From Candidatus Moraniibacteriota bacterium (GTDB taxonomy: Bacteria > Patescibacteriota > Minisyncoccia > Moranbacterales > UBA1568): a DNA stretch of 64,000 nucleotides. The notes below the pieces were generated by a model that worked only from the letters and a program-made list of their open reading frames with translations, made no database searches and was not told where the DNA came from. Below are positions 48,670 through 58,544 of the stretch, in pieces. A program made the position numbers and the translations under genes. Where the stretch lies: assembly GCA_013334575.1 (NCBI GenBank), contig JAAXXG010000001.1, positions 208,315 through 272,314 of the forward strand. The letters are read 5' to 3'. Within the stretch, counting starts at the first letter, position 1. The number at the start of each line of letters is the position of its first letter.

Positions 48670-49242
48670 TCAGACGAACCTCAGCTCCTCCCAACGGGCC
48701 GGGTCGGATTCAAGCGCGGCGAGCGTCGGATGGTTCCGGTCCTTATCCGAAATCGTAAGTCCCTCGCGGATCGGCCAGTCGATACCGAGTTCGGAATCGT
48801 TCCAGAGAATACCGCGGTCATGATCGCGGGAATAGACGTTGGTGCATTTGTAGGAGAAGACCGTATCGGGTTTCGTCGTCAGGAATCCGTGCGCGAATCC
48901 CCGGGGAATAAAAAACTGTCGGTGATTCTCCGCAGAGAGCGTCACGGCGACATGCTTCCCGAAGGTCGGTGAGTCGCGGCGGATGTCGACCGCCACGTCG
49001 AACACCTCTCCCGAAACGACCTGGATGAGCTTTCCCTGCGAGAAGGGTTCGGCCTGATAATGAAGACCGCGCAGTGTTCCGACCGGTCTCGAGAACGAGA
49101 GATTGTCCTGCACGAAATCCGGCAGACCGATCGCGGCATACCGTTCCCGGCTGTAGGTTTCCTTGAAATAGCCGCGCTCGTCCGAAAAAACGTCCGGCTC
49201 GATGATGAGGACTCCGGGAATCTCCGTTTCGATGACGTTCAT
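48670..49242 (-). CDS. rfbC: dTDP-4-dehydrorhamnose 3,5-epimerase
   Basis: DERGYF.E, FVQDN.S.S, LRGLHYQ, QGKL, DVAVDIR..SPTFG, GFAHGF. Confidence 0.96.
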   Translation of the reverse strand: MNVIETEIPGVLIIEPDVFSDERGYFKETYSRERYAAIGLPDFVQDNLSFSRPVGTLRGLHYQAEPFSQGKLIQVVSGEVFDVAVDIRRDSPTFGKHVAVTLSAENHRQFFIPRGFAHGFLTTKPDTVFSYKCTNVYSRDHDRGILWNDSELGIDWPIREGLTISDKDRNHPTLAALESDPARWEELRFV

Positions 49243-49289
49243 AGGCGAAAGATAAACGCTTCCAGTATACCCGTAACGGACGAAAAACG

Positions 49290-49317
49290 GTAGAGACGGG
49301 GCATGCCCCGTCTCTAC
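49290..49317. repeat. GTAG-type REP palindrome
   Basis: Perfect 28-bp palindrome GTAGAGACGGGGCATGCCCCGTCTCTAC. Confidence 0.75.
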
Positions 49318-49344
49318 GCTTCGGACCGGATTCTGGATTTGCGC

Positions 49345-49752
49345 TTACAGCCGGATATCGTTCATCACGTCGTCCAGCGTCCGTTTCGCCGGTTCCGGCT
49401 TCGGTTCCTCGGAACGGGACTCCGACACGGGCGCCTCCTCGTGACAGACCGCTTCCGTAGGAACATCGGACGACGGCGTCTCCTCGTGCCGATGACCACG
49501 GGTCGACCCTTCCGGCTCGTTGATCTTGAGATTCACGCGGGCGTTGTTCTTCGCGCCGATGACGCGCAAGAGAGTACGCAATGACTTTGCCGTCATACCC
49601 TCGCGCCCGATCACCATGCCCATGTCGTCCGGATGCACGTCAAGCGTTATCAACACGCCCATCTCGTCCACCTTGCGCGAAACCTTCACTTCTTCCGGAT
49701 GATCCACAAGCGCCTTCACCACGTATTCGATGAACTCCTGGTCACGTTCCAT
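49345..49752 (-). CDS. khpA: KH-domain RNA-binding protein KhpA
   Basis: ALVDHPEEV, DMGMVIGREG.TAKSLRTLL. Confidence 0.9.
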   Translation of the reverse strand: MERDQEFIEYVVKALVDHPEEVKVSRKVDEMGVLITLDVHPDDMGMVIGREGMTAKSLRTLLRVIGAKNNARVNLKINEPEGSTRGHRHEETPSSDVPTEAVCHEEAPVSESRSEEPKPEPAKRTLDDVMNDIRL

Positions 49753-49832
49753 ACGCTTCCCTTACGTCGTTAGAGGGACACCCGTCTTCCCATCCTCAGT
49801 ATACCGCGGGCGTTCGGAGTGTCAACGAACGA

Positions 49833-51188
49833 TCAGGCGTCTTTCATCCACTCCGACGGAGGAGAGAAGGGCTTCGCCCGCCACGAAGCGGACTGCCGGC
49901 AGAGAACCGATGACGCCTCTTCTTTATTTTCAAGCAACGCTTCGGATACTTTCTCCATACGGACGCCCTGTGATCCCTTCACAAGTACGAGATCACCCTC
50001 GCGTACGAGATCCGAAGCGGCGGCCGCGGCTGAATCGGGATCCGAAAACACGAGTACCGAACCATGCGGTACACCGCGTGACAGCAGCTCCTCGCCGAGT
50101 GCGGCCGAGCGAGGTCCGACAAGAATCATAAGCGAGACGCCCGCGGCAAGCACGTCGTCGGCAAGTGCCCGATGCTGCTCCTCCGAACCGGAACCGAGCT
50201 CGAGCATATCGCCGAGCGCGATTATCTTGCGCCGTGCGGGAATTTCGGAAAGGGTCGAGAGTGCGGCTCGAACCGATGCCGGCGAAGCGTTGTATGTGTC
50301 ATCGAGCACTCCGGATCCGTTCCGACCGACAAGAAGGCGCAAGCGCCCCGGGAGCGGCACGAACGATTCGAGCCGTTTCGCGATATCGACGAGATTCATC
50401 GCTGCCGCGATGCCGACCGCCGCTCCGGCAAGCGCATCGGAAATGTGATGCCTGGCGATTACGCCGGGTAATCGGACCGGGATCGATTTTCCGGCATAGT
50501 TGAGCTTGAAACTCGATCCGAGTCCGCCGCCTTCCGTCACCTGCGGAATCACATGATCCGCACGGAGCGCCGCTTCCGGGGAAAACCCGTACGTCACGAC
50601 GACACCCTTCACTTTCTTTCCCATGTTCAGGACGCGGGAATCGTCCGCATTCAGGACGGCGAATCCGTCCGCGGGAACGGAAGTGACGAGCCGTCCTTTC
50701 TCCTTGGCGATATTCGCAAGACTTCCGAAGTATTCGAGATGGCTCTCACCGACGTTCGTCACCACGCCGACCTTCGGGGAGACGATCCGAAGCAACTCGG
50801 CCATGTCACCCGGACGGTCCACTCCCATCTCGAGTACGAGCGCTTCCGGATAGCCCGGAAACAGAAGCGACGGGAGGAATCGCACGCACGCCGAGAGAAT
50901 GCGTGAAAACGCGGTACCCCCCTCGGGAACGCCGAGCACGGTCAGAGGAAGGCCGACCTCGTTATTGAAATTCCCCTCGCTCTTCCGTACCCGCATCGTA
51001 CCCGACAGAACGAGTGCCGCCGCTTCCTTGGCGGAGCTCTTTCCTACCGATCCGGTAACACCGACGATAAGCGGCCGGCGGCGGCGCAAGACGGTGCGCG
51101 CCATAAACCCGAGCAGCTGTTCGACCGCCCTGAGTTTCGCGCTTTTTCCGTCGTTCCGGTGTGTCATAGTCATTCGGGCAGTATACAT
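49833..51188 (-). CDS. murF: UDP-MurNAc-tripeptide--D-Ala-D-Ala ligase
   Basis: GVTGSVGKSS, NFNNEVGLPLT, LEMG, DDTYNASP, GDMLELG, VKGS; start within 51168-51188. Confidence 0.93.
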   Translation of the reverse strand: MYTARMTMTHRNDGKSAKLRAVEQLLGFMARTVLRRRRPLIVGVTGSVGKSSAKEAAALVLSGTMRVRKSEGNFNNEVGLPLTVLGVPEGGTAFSRILSACVRFLPSLLFPGYPEALVLEMGVDRPGDMAELLRIVSPKVGVVTNVGESHLEYFGSLANIAKEKGRLVTSVPADGFAVLNADDSRVLNMGKKVKGVVVTYGFSPEAALRADHVIPQVTEGGGLGSSFKLNYAGKSIPVRLPGVIARHHISDALAGAAVGIAAAMNLVDIAKRLESFVPLPGRLRLLVGRNGSGVLDDTYNASPASVRAALSTLSEIPARRKIIALGDMLELGSGSEEQHRALADDVLAAGVSLMILVGPRSAALGEELLSRGVPHGSVLVFSDPDSAAAAASDLVREGDLVLVKGSQGVRMEKVSEALLENKEEASSVLCRQSASWRAKPFSPPSEWMKDA

Positions 51189-51257
51189 GTGATTTCGGAC
51201 GAAATCGAGAATCGTGACAAATATTGGCTTATTAAAGCCTTGTAATTTCTTCGAATT

Positions 51258-53042
51258 TCATTCCGAACCGGGAATCGGCTCCGTCGTCGGCACTTTCGCA
51301 TAGGACAGCAGGAATTTCATCATGGCTCCGAACATCGGAGCCGCACTCGACTCGGCCCATTCGACATTCTTGGGATTGTCGACCTTGGTCAGGACCACGA
51401 ACTTCGGATCGGCGATCGGCGCATATCCCACGAACGAACCGATCGACAGCCCTTCCTCGTACCCTCCACCGCCTTCCTTGGCAACCTGCGCGGTTCCCGT
51501 CTTTCCTCCGACGCGGTATCCGGGAACCGCCGCGCGCTTCCCGTGCCCCCGAAGGACCACGTCCTCGAGCATCTTCCCCATCTTCTCGGCCGTCTCCGGA
51601 CTCACGACCTGACGTATCTCTTCGGGCTCGACGACCTCCTCACGGCCGTCCTCGTAGACATACTTCGAGACGATCCGCGGCTTCATGAGGATTCCATGAT
51701 TGGCCAACGCCCCGTATGCGGTAATCAGCTGCAACGGCGTCGTGGTAACACCCTGGCCGAACGACGCGGTATAGAACTGTATATCGCGCCGCGTCTCCGA
51801 CAGGTTTCTGGTATTCCCGGGAAGTTCCGCAGGCAGGTCGATGCCCGTCCGTTTTCCGAAGCCGAACTGGGCCAGCCGGTCCGCGAACCGCGCGTTCCCT
51901 ACCAGGCTCTCGACATGAATCACGCCCGTATTGATGGAATCGTTCAGCACGCCATACATGTCCGTCTTCCCGTAGCACTTCTCCTCCGCGTTATGCAACA
52001 CGTATCCGGACACGCTCACCGAGCAGGGATCGTCGAACGCGGTTTCCGGCTCCACCTTCCCCTCGTCGATGCCGATCGCCATCGTGATAGGCTTCATCGT
52101 GGATCCCGGCTCATAATTCACGCTCACGGTCGGATTCATGAACCGGGCATAGTCGTCGACTTTCCCGTACTCGTTCGGATCGAACGACGGATTCGACGCC
52201 ATCGCGAGTATCCTGCCGGTAGAAGGCTCCATGACCACGATACTGCCGCCGTCTCCGGCGAACTTCTCGACCGAGTCGCGGAGAATGACCTCCGCCTCGT
52301 GCTGGATGACATGATCGATCGTCAGCACGACGTCGGGCCCCTTCTCGGCAGGAACCATGACGCGATCGTCCGTCGAGATCCATCGTCCGGCGGCATCGCG
52401 CATCTGCTCGACCTGCCCCGACCTGCCCCGAAGCTTCTCGTCGAACCACGACTCGATGCCGTATCTGCCGACATCCCCCTGACCAGGCTCACCCGGGCTG
52501 ACGAACCCGACGACCTGCGATGCCAGATCGCCGCCGGAATAGTACCTGTACTTCTCCGTCCGCAGGTGCACGCCGGCAAGGCCGAGCGTCTCGATCCGTG
52601 AGGCCTCATCATCGGAAAGCTTCCGCTTGATCGGAACGAACTGACTCCGAAGATTCGCGCATTTCGAACGGATCTCGTCCTCCGGAACGCCGACGATACC
52701 GGAAAGCGCGGCGGCGGCGGCAGGTATGTTGTCCATCTCCCCTGGAACGAGAAACAGAAGCGGGTACTCCCGGTTCACCGCAGCGGGATAGACGGAGTCG
52801 CCCTCGCGAAAATAGACTTCGCCCCGATCCGGGACCAGTTCGGCCGAGACGGAATGCTGGTCGGCAGCGGCGGCGCGCCATCGTTCGACGTCGAATATCT
52901 GAAGATCCGCAAGTCTGATCGCAACGACGGCAGCCGCAAGCAGCACGAAAAAAAGAAGGGCGCGAACCCTTCCGGAACCGGTCGGAGCCTGACGGCCCGA
53001 CCGATCGATCGCCCCAGTCGTAGACGTCCGTCTCGTCGTCAT
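51258..53042 (-). CDS. ftsI: Class B penicillin-binding protein (FtsI/PBP2 type)
   Basis: TM, RG, G..GIE, YEPGSTMK (SxxK), SIN (SxN), KTGT; dcw context. Confidence 0.88.
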   Translation of the reverse strand: MTTRRTSTTGAIDRSGRQAPTGSGRVRALLFFVLLAAAVVAIRLADLQIFDVERWRAAAADQHSVSAELVPDRGEVYFREGDSVYPAAVNREYPLLFLVPGEMDNIPAAAAALSGIVGVPEDEIRSKCANLRSQFVPIKRKLSDDEASRIETLGLAGVHLRTEKYRYYSGGDLASQVVGFVSPGEPGQGDVGRYGIESWFDEKLRGRSGQVEQMRDAAGRWISTDDRVMVPAEKGPDVVLTIDHVIQHEAEVILRDSVEKFAGDGGSIVVMEPSTGRILAMASNPSFDPNEYGKVDDYARFMNPTVSVNYEPGSTMKPITMAIGIDEGKVEPETAFDDPCSVSVSGYVLHNAEEKCYGKTDMYGVLNDSINTGVIHVESLVGNARFADRLAQFGFGKRTGIDLPAELPGNTRNLSETRRDIQFYTASFGQGVTTTPLQLITAYGALANHGILMKPRIVSKYVYEDGREEVVEPEEIRQVVSPETAEKMGKMLEDVVLRGHGKRAAVPGYRVGGKTGTAQVAKEGGGGYEEGLSIGSFVGYAPIADPKFVVLTKVDNPKNVEWAESSAAPMFGAMMKFLLSYAKVPTTEPIPGSE

Positions 53043-53080
53043 ATGATCACGTACCGGGAAAGATTTCCGAGATCCCGACC

Positions 53081-53422
53081 CTATCGCAACGCGACCGCAC
53101 CGCGGCCCCCGACGGTCTTCATGTCGGTAATCCTGTCCATGGACCGCTCACGAACGGAACTCTCGATGCGGGACAGGGAAAGCGCCTGAGCCTCGTCGAG
53201 CCGGAGTTTCCGATTCTCCTCCTTGAGAGATTCGATATCGGACTCCGCTTTGCGGGCCTCATACCCTTGTACCGCTCCCAGATTAAGCGCATACACATAC
53301 CCGATGCTCGACAGAAAGAACACGAACATCCCGACGAGCGCCATCGGATGCACGGCACCCGAAAACGTCCGCGAACGTTTTCGCGAGCCTGTCTGCGCGG
53401 AAATACGATAATCCCTTGTCAT
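53081..53422 (-). CDS. FtsL-like bitopic protein
   Basis: TM plus coiled coil, located between rsmH and ftsI. Confidence 0.7.
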   Translation of the reverse strand: MTRDYRISAQTGSRKRSRTFSGAVHPMALVGMFVFFLSSIGYVYALNLGAVQGYEARKAESDIESLKEENRKLRLDEAQALSLSRIESSVRERSMDRITDMKTVGGRGAVALR

Positions 53423-53476
53423 ACGCCTGCCCCCCTGTTCGATTTTTCTGTTTGTTTTTTCCGTCGCCGCCTTGTC

Positions 53477-54442
53477 TTACACCCGCTCCGCGAACCGGAG
53501 CTTCGCGCTCCGTGCCCGGGGGTTTTCCGCCGTCTCTTCCGCAGTCGGAACGACGAACCTTGGCGTTCCGAGCCGGAGCAGAGGTTTTCTTCCGCATACG
53601 CACGCCGGAAACTCCGGCGGACATACGCATCCCTTCGCCATCTCGCCGAAGATCCGTTTCACGAGCGCATCCTCTCCGGAATGGAAGGTAATGACCGCGA
53701 TCCGACCCCCCTTCCGCAGAAGCGGTACCGCCTCCCGAAGGAACGATTCGATCGCCGCGAGCTCGCCGTTGACCTCTATGCGTATCCCCTGGAAGGTCCG
53801 CGTCGCCGGATGGATACCCATCCCGCGTCGCTCCTCGGGAGAGAAGCACGCAGCCACCGTTTCGGAAAGGTCGGTCGTCGTCCGAAACGGACGTTCCGAC
53901 CTTCGCGAGATGATCGCGCCCGCGATCTTCCGCGCCTTCGGCTCATCACCGTATTCCCGAAGGATCCTCACGAGCCGCGACTCATCGTACCCGTTGACCA
54001 CCCGTTCCGCCGTAAGCTCCGTCCGCGGGTCGAGCCGCATATCGAGCGGTCCGTCCATACGGAACGAGAACCCGCGCGACGGGTCGTCCATCTGGTCCGA
54101 CGAGAACCCGAAATCCGCGAGAACCGCGTCCGCCTGGGCGATACCGAGAGAACCGAGCGTTTCCCTGATCCGGGAAAAATTCCTTCCCACCGTGACGAGC
54201 GACCCCTTCATAGCCGCTTCACGCACGACCCCGTCCGACTCCGCGGAACCGAGGAAACGCTCGATCGCTCTCTCGTCGGCATCGAATGCGACGACCCTCC
54301 CACCGGGGGTCACGCGCGAGAGCATCTCCCGCGTATGACCGCCGCCCCCGAGCGTCGCGTCCACTGCCGTATCGCCCTTTTGAAGGTTCAGCGCGTCCAC
54401 CGCCTCCCGAAGGAGTACGGAGACATGTCTCGTCTTGCTCAT
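53477..54442 (-). CDS. rsmH: 16S rRNA m4C1402 methyltransferase
   Basis: H.SVLL.E, DATLGGGGH, RGFSF..DGPLDMR, HPATRTFQ..RIEVN, NPRARSAKLR. Confidence 0.97.
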   Translation of the reverse strand: MSKTRHVSVLLREAVDALNLQKGDTAVDATLGGGGHTREMLSRVTPGGRVVAFDADERAIERFLGSAESDGVVREAAMKGSLVTVGRNFSRIRETLGSLGIAQADAVLADFGFSSDQMDDPSRGFSFRMDGPLDMRLDPRTELTAERVVNGYDESRLVRILREYGDEPKARKIAGAIISRRSERPFRTTTDLSETVAACFSPEERRGMGIHPATRTFQGIRIEVNGELAAIESFLREAVPLLRKGGRIAVITFHSGEDALVKRIFGEMAKGCVCPPEFPACVCGRKPLLRLGTPRFVVPTAEETAENPRARSAKLRFAERV

Positions 54443-54557
54443 AACAGTCCGGGCATCAGGAATGAATCGTTCCGCTTTCCGTCTTCGTGTTCATTTCCGA
54501 TGTCCGCCCTGTTCGTGTTCCGCCGTCCGTCGACCCGCCGCTCCACGATTCCGGAAC

Positions 54558-54992
54558 CTAGTACACCCCCAGCTTCCCAAGCTCCTCGGCAACCTCGCCG
54601 GCGCTCTTCTCCGCATCGGTCTTGTACGACTTCCATGCGTCCTCGTCCCAGAGTTCGAGTCGGTTGAAGAGTCCGACGACGATTACGTTCTTCCCGAGTC
54701 CCGCGTATTCCTTGAGGTAATCGGGAATGAGGATCCGGCCCTGGGAATCGAGCTCGACATCGGTCGCTCCGGCGAGCTGAAGCCGCACGAAGCTCCGCGT
54801 ACCGGACTCGCCGACCGGCATGGCGCCGAGCTTCTCGGCAAGCGCCTCCCACACTTTCATCGGGTACACGAAGAGCGAACGGTCCAACCCGCGAGTGACG
54901 ACCACCCGGCTTCCGAGCTCCCCGCGGAACTTCGACGGAAGCGCGAGCCGCCGCTTCGGATCGATGCTGTGCGAGTATTCACCGATGAACAT
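54558..54992 (-). CDS. mraZ: Division/cell wall cluster regulator MraZ
   Basis: MFIGEYSHSIDPKRRLALPSKFR, LDSQGRILIP, ELW. Confidence 0.96.
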   Translation of the reverse strand: MFIGEYSHSIDPKRRLALPSKFRGELGSRVVVTRGLDRSLFVYPMKVWEALAEKLGAMPVGESGTRSFVRLQLAGATDVELDSQGRILIPDYLKEYAGLGKNVIVVGLFNRLELWDEDAWKSYKTDAEKSAGEVAEELGKLGVY

Positions 54993-54997
54993 AGGTT

Positions 54998-55046
54998 CAC
55001 CACTATTCCCCACTTCTTGGCACTTCCCTGCCATTTTACTCCACTC
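54998..55046 (-). promoter_or_regulatory. MraZ-binding GTGG-type direct repeats, 10-bp period
   Basis: Minus strand GTGGagtaaa ATGGcaggga aGTGCcaaga aGTGGggaat aGTGGtg just upstream of mraZ, downstream of TTGACA (55062-55057). Confidence 0.75.
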
Positions 55047-55204
55047 TTCTTTCCAGTGTCAACACTCCGAAAAGAATCAGAATCGATGCCTTATATAAAG
55101 GAAAATCCTTCCAATAACCGACGAAGACCCCTCACCGATCCTTTCGAAGACGGAGTGGGTCTATATCCCTCGCACCGAAATCAATCTACGATTGAATCCA
55201 AACA

Positions 55205-55231
55205 AAAAGGAGCTGGATTGATACCAGCTCC
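55205..55231 (-). terminator. Intrinsic terminator
   Basis: GGAGCTGG-tatcaat-CCAGCTCC-TTTTT on minus strand. Confidence 0.75.
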
Positions 55232-55252
55232 CGAAGAGGACTCACACCCGCG

Positions 55253-55654
55253 CTACCATTCGAACCACTGATTCAACAACTCGGACGCATCTTCCCGCCG
55301 TTCGTACAGCAGTAACCAGGCGAACGGCCACGCCACTACGCCGAGCACATTCGAAACTGGCGAAATGAAGCCCTTTAATTCCGCGCTTGCGAACACACAG
55401 CGCTGTTCGAATTTTCTCAGATACCGGCGTTAATGACGCAGCGCAAGCATCGCCAATGCGAACACGTGCATACCCGCCAGATACGCGAACGCCGCAAATT
55501 TGAGGTACGGACCGACAAAACCGACGCCGAATACCCACAAGGCAAGCGCCGGAAATACAGACACGCTCACGATGAAAAGCGCCCACGTGACTACAAATAC
55601 GACGACGCCGATCAACACCTTGAGTACAGACGCATCCTTCGATCTTCCGAACAT
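55253..55654 (-). pseudogene. Membrane protein gene interrupted by one in-frame TAA
   Basis: MFGRSK...ALRH*RRYLRKFEQRCVFASAELKGFISPVSNVLGVVAWPFAWLLLY...QWFEW*; frame stays open 58 codons after TAA (55430-55432) and ends before the terminator. Confidence 0.6.
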
Positions 55655-55742
55655 GCGACCCCTTTTTCCCACGTTAATGAACCTTGACCGATCGCAGCAC
55701 GACCTGCCATCTTTTTTCAAGCCACCGAGAAATAGCGACCTA

Positions 55743-56483
55743 TCAGAGCCCCTCTGTCAACGGTCCTCCGCGAAGATACCCCTTCCGCTCCGCTTCCGGC
55801 AGCCGCTCGATCGCGTAGCGGAGCATGGTCCGCGGCATGCGCGAGGCATACGCATCAAGAAATGTACGAAGAACGGAAATATCCCTCTTCCCGACCTCTC
55901 GGAGCATCCATCCCGCCGCCTTATGGATAAGATCGTGCCGATCGGCAAGGAGCCGCTCCGCGATCGAAAGCGCATCAGCGAAATCGCCCTCGCGGATGAA
56001 CGAAAATGTCGAGACGATGGCGATCCGTCGCTCCCAGAGGTTATCCGACTCCGCGAGCGTATACAGAATCTTCCGCTCCTTCTTCCTCTTCGTGAGGTAT
56101 ACACCGATCGTCTTCGGCGCAATCACATCGACGAGATCCCAGTTGTTCATCGCGACCCGACGGGAAAGAAGGAAATCGAAAATCGCCGTCCGGTGATCTT
56201 CATCCGCCTTCGCGTACGCGTAGGTCAGGATGAGCAGGCCCGCCATGCGCGCCTCGTGATACCGGCTCGCAAGCAGTTTCGAGACTTCCGGAAACGGAAG
56301 ATCGAAGAATTCCTTCGAGATTTTCCGGATCTCCGGCACGGTGACTCCGAGAAAGATGTCCCCTTCCCCGTACTGCCCTTCGCCCGTCTTGAAGAAACCG
56401 GAAAGCACCTGAGCCTTTTCCGAAGACGCACGCTCTCTCAGCCTGTTCAGTACGGTCGTCGATCGCACGTTTTTCCGTATCAT
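55743..56483 (-). CDS. DNA alkylation repair protein (AlkD-like)
   Basis: FFKTG.GQYGEGD.FLGVTVP, NNWDLVD, LWERRIAIV, DLIHKA.GWMLREVGK, MPRTMLRYAIE. Confidence 0.92.
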   Translation of the reverse strand: MIRKNVRSTTVLNRLRERASSEKAQVLSGFFKTGEGQYGEGDIFLGVTVPEIRKISKEFFDLPFPEVSKLLASRYHEARMAGLLILTYAYAKADEDHRTAIFDFLLSRRVAMNNWDLVDVIAPKTIGVYLTKRKKERKILYTLAESDNLWERRIAIVSTFSFIREGDFADALSIAERLLADRHDLIHKAAGWMLREVGKRDISVLRTFLDAYASRMPRTMLRYAIERLPEAERKGYLRGGPLTEGL

Positions 56484-56570
56484 ATCCGTTCATGCTGGCA
56501 GGAATCGCCGGAAAAGGCAAACGAAAAAAGAGGGCGCCGCAACGACACCCCCTCAAGCCCGTTCGGGCGA

Positions 56571-56831
56571 TCATGTTCGGGCCTTTTTCTTCGGTTCGTA
56601 CAGGCGATAGAACGAAGTTTCCCTCACTCCGCCCCTTAATATCGTTCCCGTCACGAAATATCCGCCATCCCCGTACAACAGCACGGCACCGAAGCAGCTC
56701 TCTCCGGGAAGTTCGATAACGCACCGATCGTGCCGGCCGACCCGCACGCTGACGCGGTCCCGAGGCTTATCGAACATCCGGCAATACGCGTCACGAAACG
56801 CTTCTCCGATTCTTTCCTTCCGATTACTCAT
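56571..56831 (-). CDS. Small hypothetical protein
   Basis: MSNRKERIGEAF..., 86 aa; purine-rich leader, hairpin with U-run downstream (56526-56553). Confidence 0.5.
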   Translation of the reverse strand: MSNRKERIGEAFRDAYCRMFDKPRDRVSVRVGRHDRCVIELPGESCFGAVLLYGDGGYFVTGTILRGGVRETSFYRLYEPKKKART

Positions 56832-57063
56832 CTCGTTTCCCTTTTGAACTGACCGCGTGCCGAAACCGCTGCGACACGCAAAACGACCGTCACGATCCGA
56901 AGACGGAATATGCAAAAACCGCCGATTATCAGAATCACCAGACGAAGAAACGTCCGTTCTCCCGGATTGTTAAGGTCGTTTCCCTTATATCAGGGAACCG
57001 GGACCGTGGCAACAGGGACACGGAAATGCTACACTGCGACCAAGAGAACATAACCGAAATCCA

Positions 57064-57279
57064 ATGAACCGGAGCAAGAAAGAGACGCTCGCCTATTTCG
57101 GCAAGCATCTCTACCACCTGACCGGGATCGTGCTCGTCTGGAGGGGCGTCTGGTATATTTTGGACCTAATCGACGCGACGCTCTTCAGCGGCGGGCATAT
57201 CCTGACCGCGCTCGGCGGCATCCTTGTCGGACTCCTGCTTCTCTATCTCCCCGACGGAGACCTCAAGGAGATCATCTGA
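57064..57279 (+). CDS. Small two-TM hypothetical protein
   Basis: GIVLVWRGVWYILD...GLLLLYLPDGDLKEI. Confidence 0.75.
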   Translation: MNRSKKETLAYFGKHLYHLTGIVLVWRGVWYILDLIDATLFSGGHILTALGGILVGLLLLYLPDGDLKEII

Positions 57280-57283
57280 AAAA

Positions 57284-58516
57284 TCATTCCCCCTCGAACC
57301 GGACATACTTCCGTCCCTTGAGCCGCTCGGGCAGGTAGTCCTGCTTCGCATCCTCGGGGTCCTGGAAGTCCGGCGTGTATTTGTATCCTTTCCCGTAGCC
57401 GACGTCCTTCATGAGCCGGGTCGGGGCGTTTCGCAGATGGAGCGGGACGCCCTCGCCGGGATAGCGGTTCGCGTCGGCTTTCGCCTCGCCGTAGCCGACA
57501 TAGAGCGCGTTCGACTTCTTGGACTTCGCCAGGTACGTGACCGCCTGCGCGAGCGCGAGCTCACACTCCGGCATGCCGATATATTGGCATGCCTGATATG
57601 CGGCGATCGCCTGTGGCAGCGCGAAGGAATTCGCGAGTCCCACGTCCTCGGACGCGAACCGCACGAGCCGTCGCGCGACGAAGAGCGGATCCTCCCCCGC
57701 CTCGAGCATACGCGCCAGCCAATAGAGCGCCGCGTCCGCATCGCCGCCACGCATCGATTTATGCAGGGCCGAAATGATGTTGTAGTGTTCCTCGCCGCCC
57801 TTGTCATACAGGAGGTGCGGCCGCCGTACGACCGCCTCGACGGTTTCCGCCGTGATCCTCTTTCCCGAAGCCGCACAGGCCTCGAGGGTATTGAGTGCCA
57901 TGCGCGCGTCCCCCGCCGAAACCTCGGCGATGAAATCGATCGCCGCTTGGTCGGCCTCGACGGCGCCTGCCAGACCGCGCTCGTCCGCAAGCGCCTGCCC
58001 AAGGATTCCCGCGACCGCCCGCGGGGAAAGCTTCTCGAGCACGACGACGCGTGCCCGCGAGAGGAGCGCGGCGTTGACCTCGAAGCTCGGATTCTCGGTC
58101 GTCGCCCCGATGAGCGTCAGAAGCCCGCGCTCGACGTGCGGCAGGAGCGCGTCCTGCTGCGACTTGTTCCACCGGTGGATCTCGTCGATGAAGAGGATCG
58201 TCTTCTTCCCGGTCTCGCGGTTCCGTTCGGCCACCTCGACGATGCCGCGGAACTCCTTCACGCCGCTCCCGACCGCGGAGAGCTGCTCGAACTCGGCCGA
58301 GGTCTCGTGCGCGACGATGGTCGCCAAGGTCGTCTTGCCGGATCCCGGCGGCCCCCAGAGGATAAGTGACGGCACACGATCCTCCTCGATCGCCGCACGA
58401 AGAAGCGACCCTTCCCCGAAGAGTTTCTCCTGCCCGAAGAACTCCCCGAGGGTCCGGGGCCGCATCCGATCCGCCAGAGGCGCGGATCGCGGAGTTGGAT
58501 TCTTTCGCTGTGCCAT
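57284..58516 (-). CDS. rarA: Replication-associated recombination protein A (RarA/MgsA)
   Basis: PLADRMRP, WGPPGSGKTT, DEIHR.NK.QQD, GATTENP, SALHKS.RG, SEDVG.A. Confidence 0.95.
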   Translation of the reverse strand: MAQRKNPTPRSAPLADRMRPRTLGEFFGQEKLFGEGSLLRAAIEEDRVPSLILWGPPGSGKTTLATIVAHETSAEFEQLSAVGSGVKEFRGIVEVAERNRETGKKTILFIDEIHRWNKSQQDALLPHVERGLLTLIGATTENPSFEVNAALLSRARVVVLEKLSPRAVAGILGQALADERGLAGAVEADQAAIDFIAEVSAGDARMALNTLEACAASGKRITAETVEAVVRRPHLLYDKGGEEHYNIISALHKSMRGGDADAALYWLARMLEAGEDPLFVARRLVRFASEDVGLANSFALPQAIAAYQACQYIGMPECELALAQAVTYLAKSKKSNALYVGYGEAKADANRYPGEGVPLHLRNAPTRLMKDVGYGKGYKYTPDFQDPEDAKQDYLPERLKGRKYVRFEGE

Positions 58517-58544
58517 ACGTATCCGGCTCCCGGTCGACATTCCG

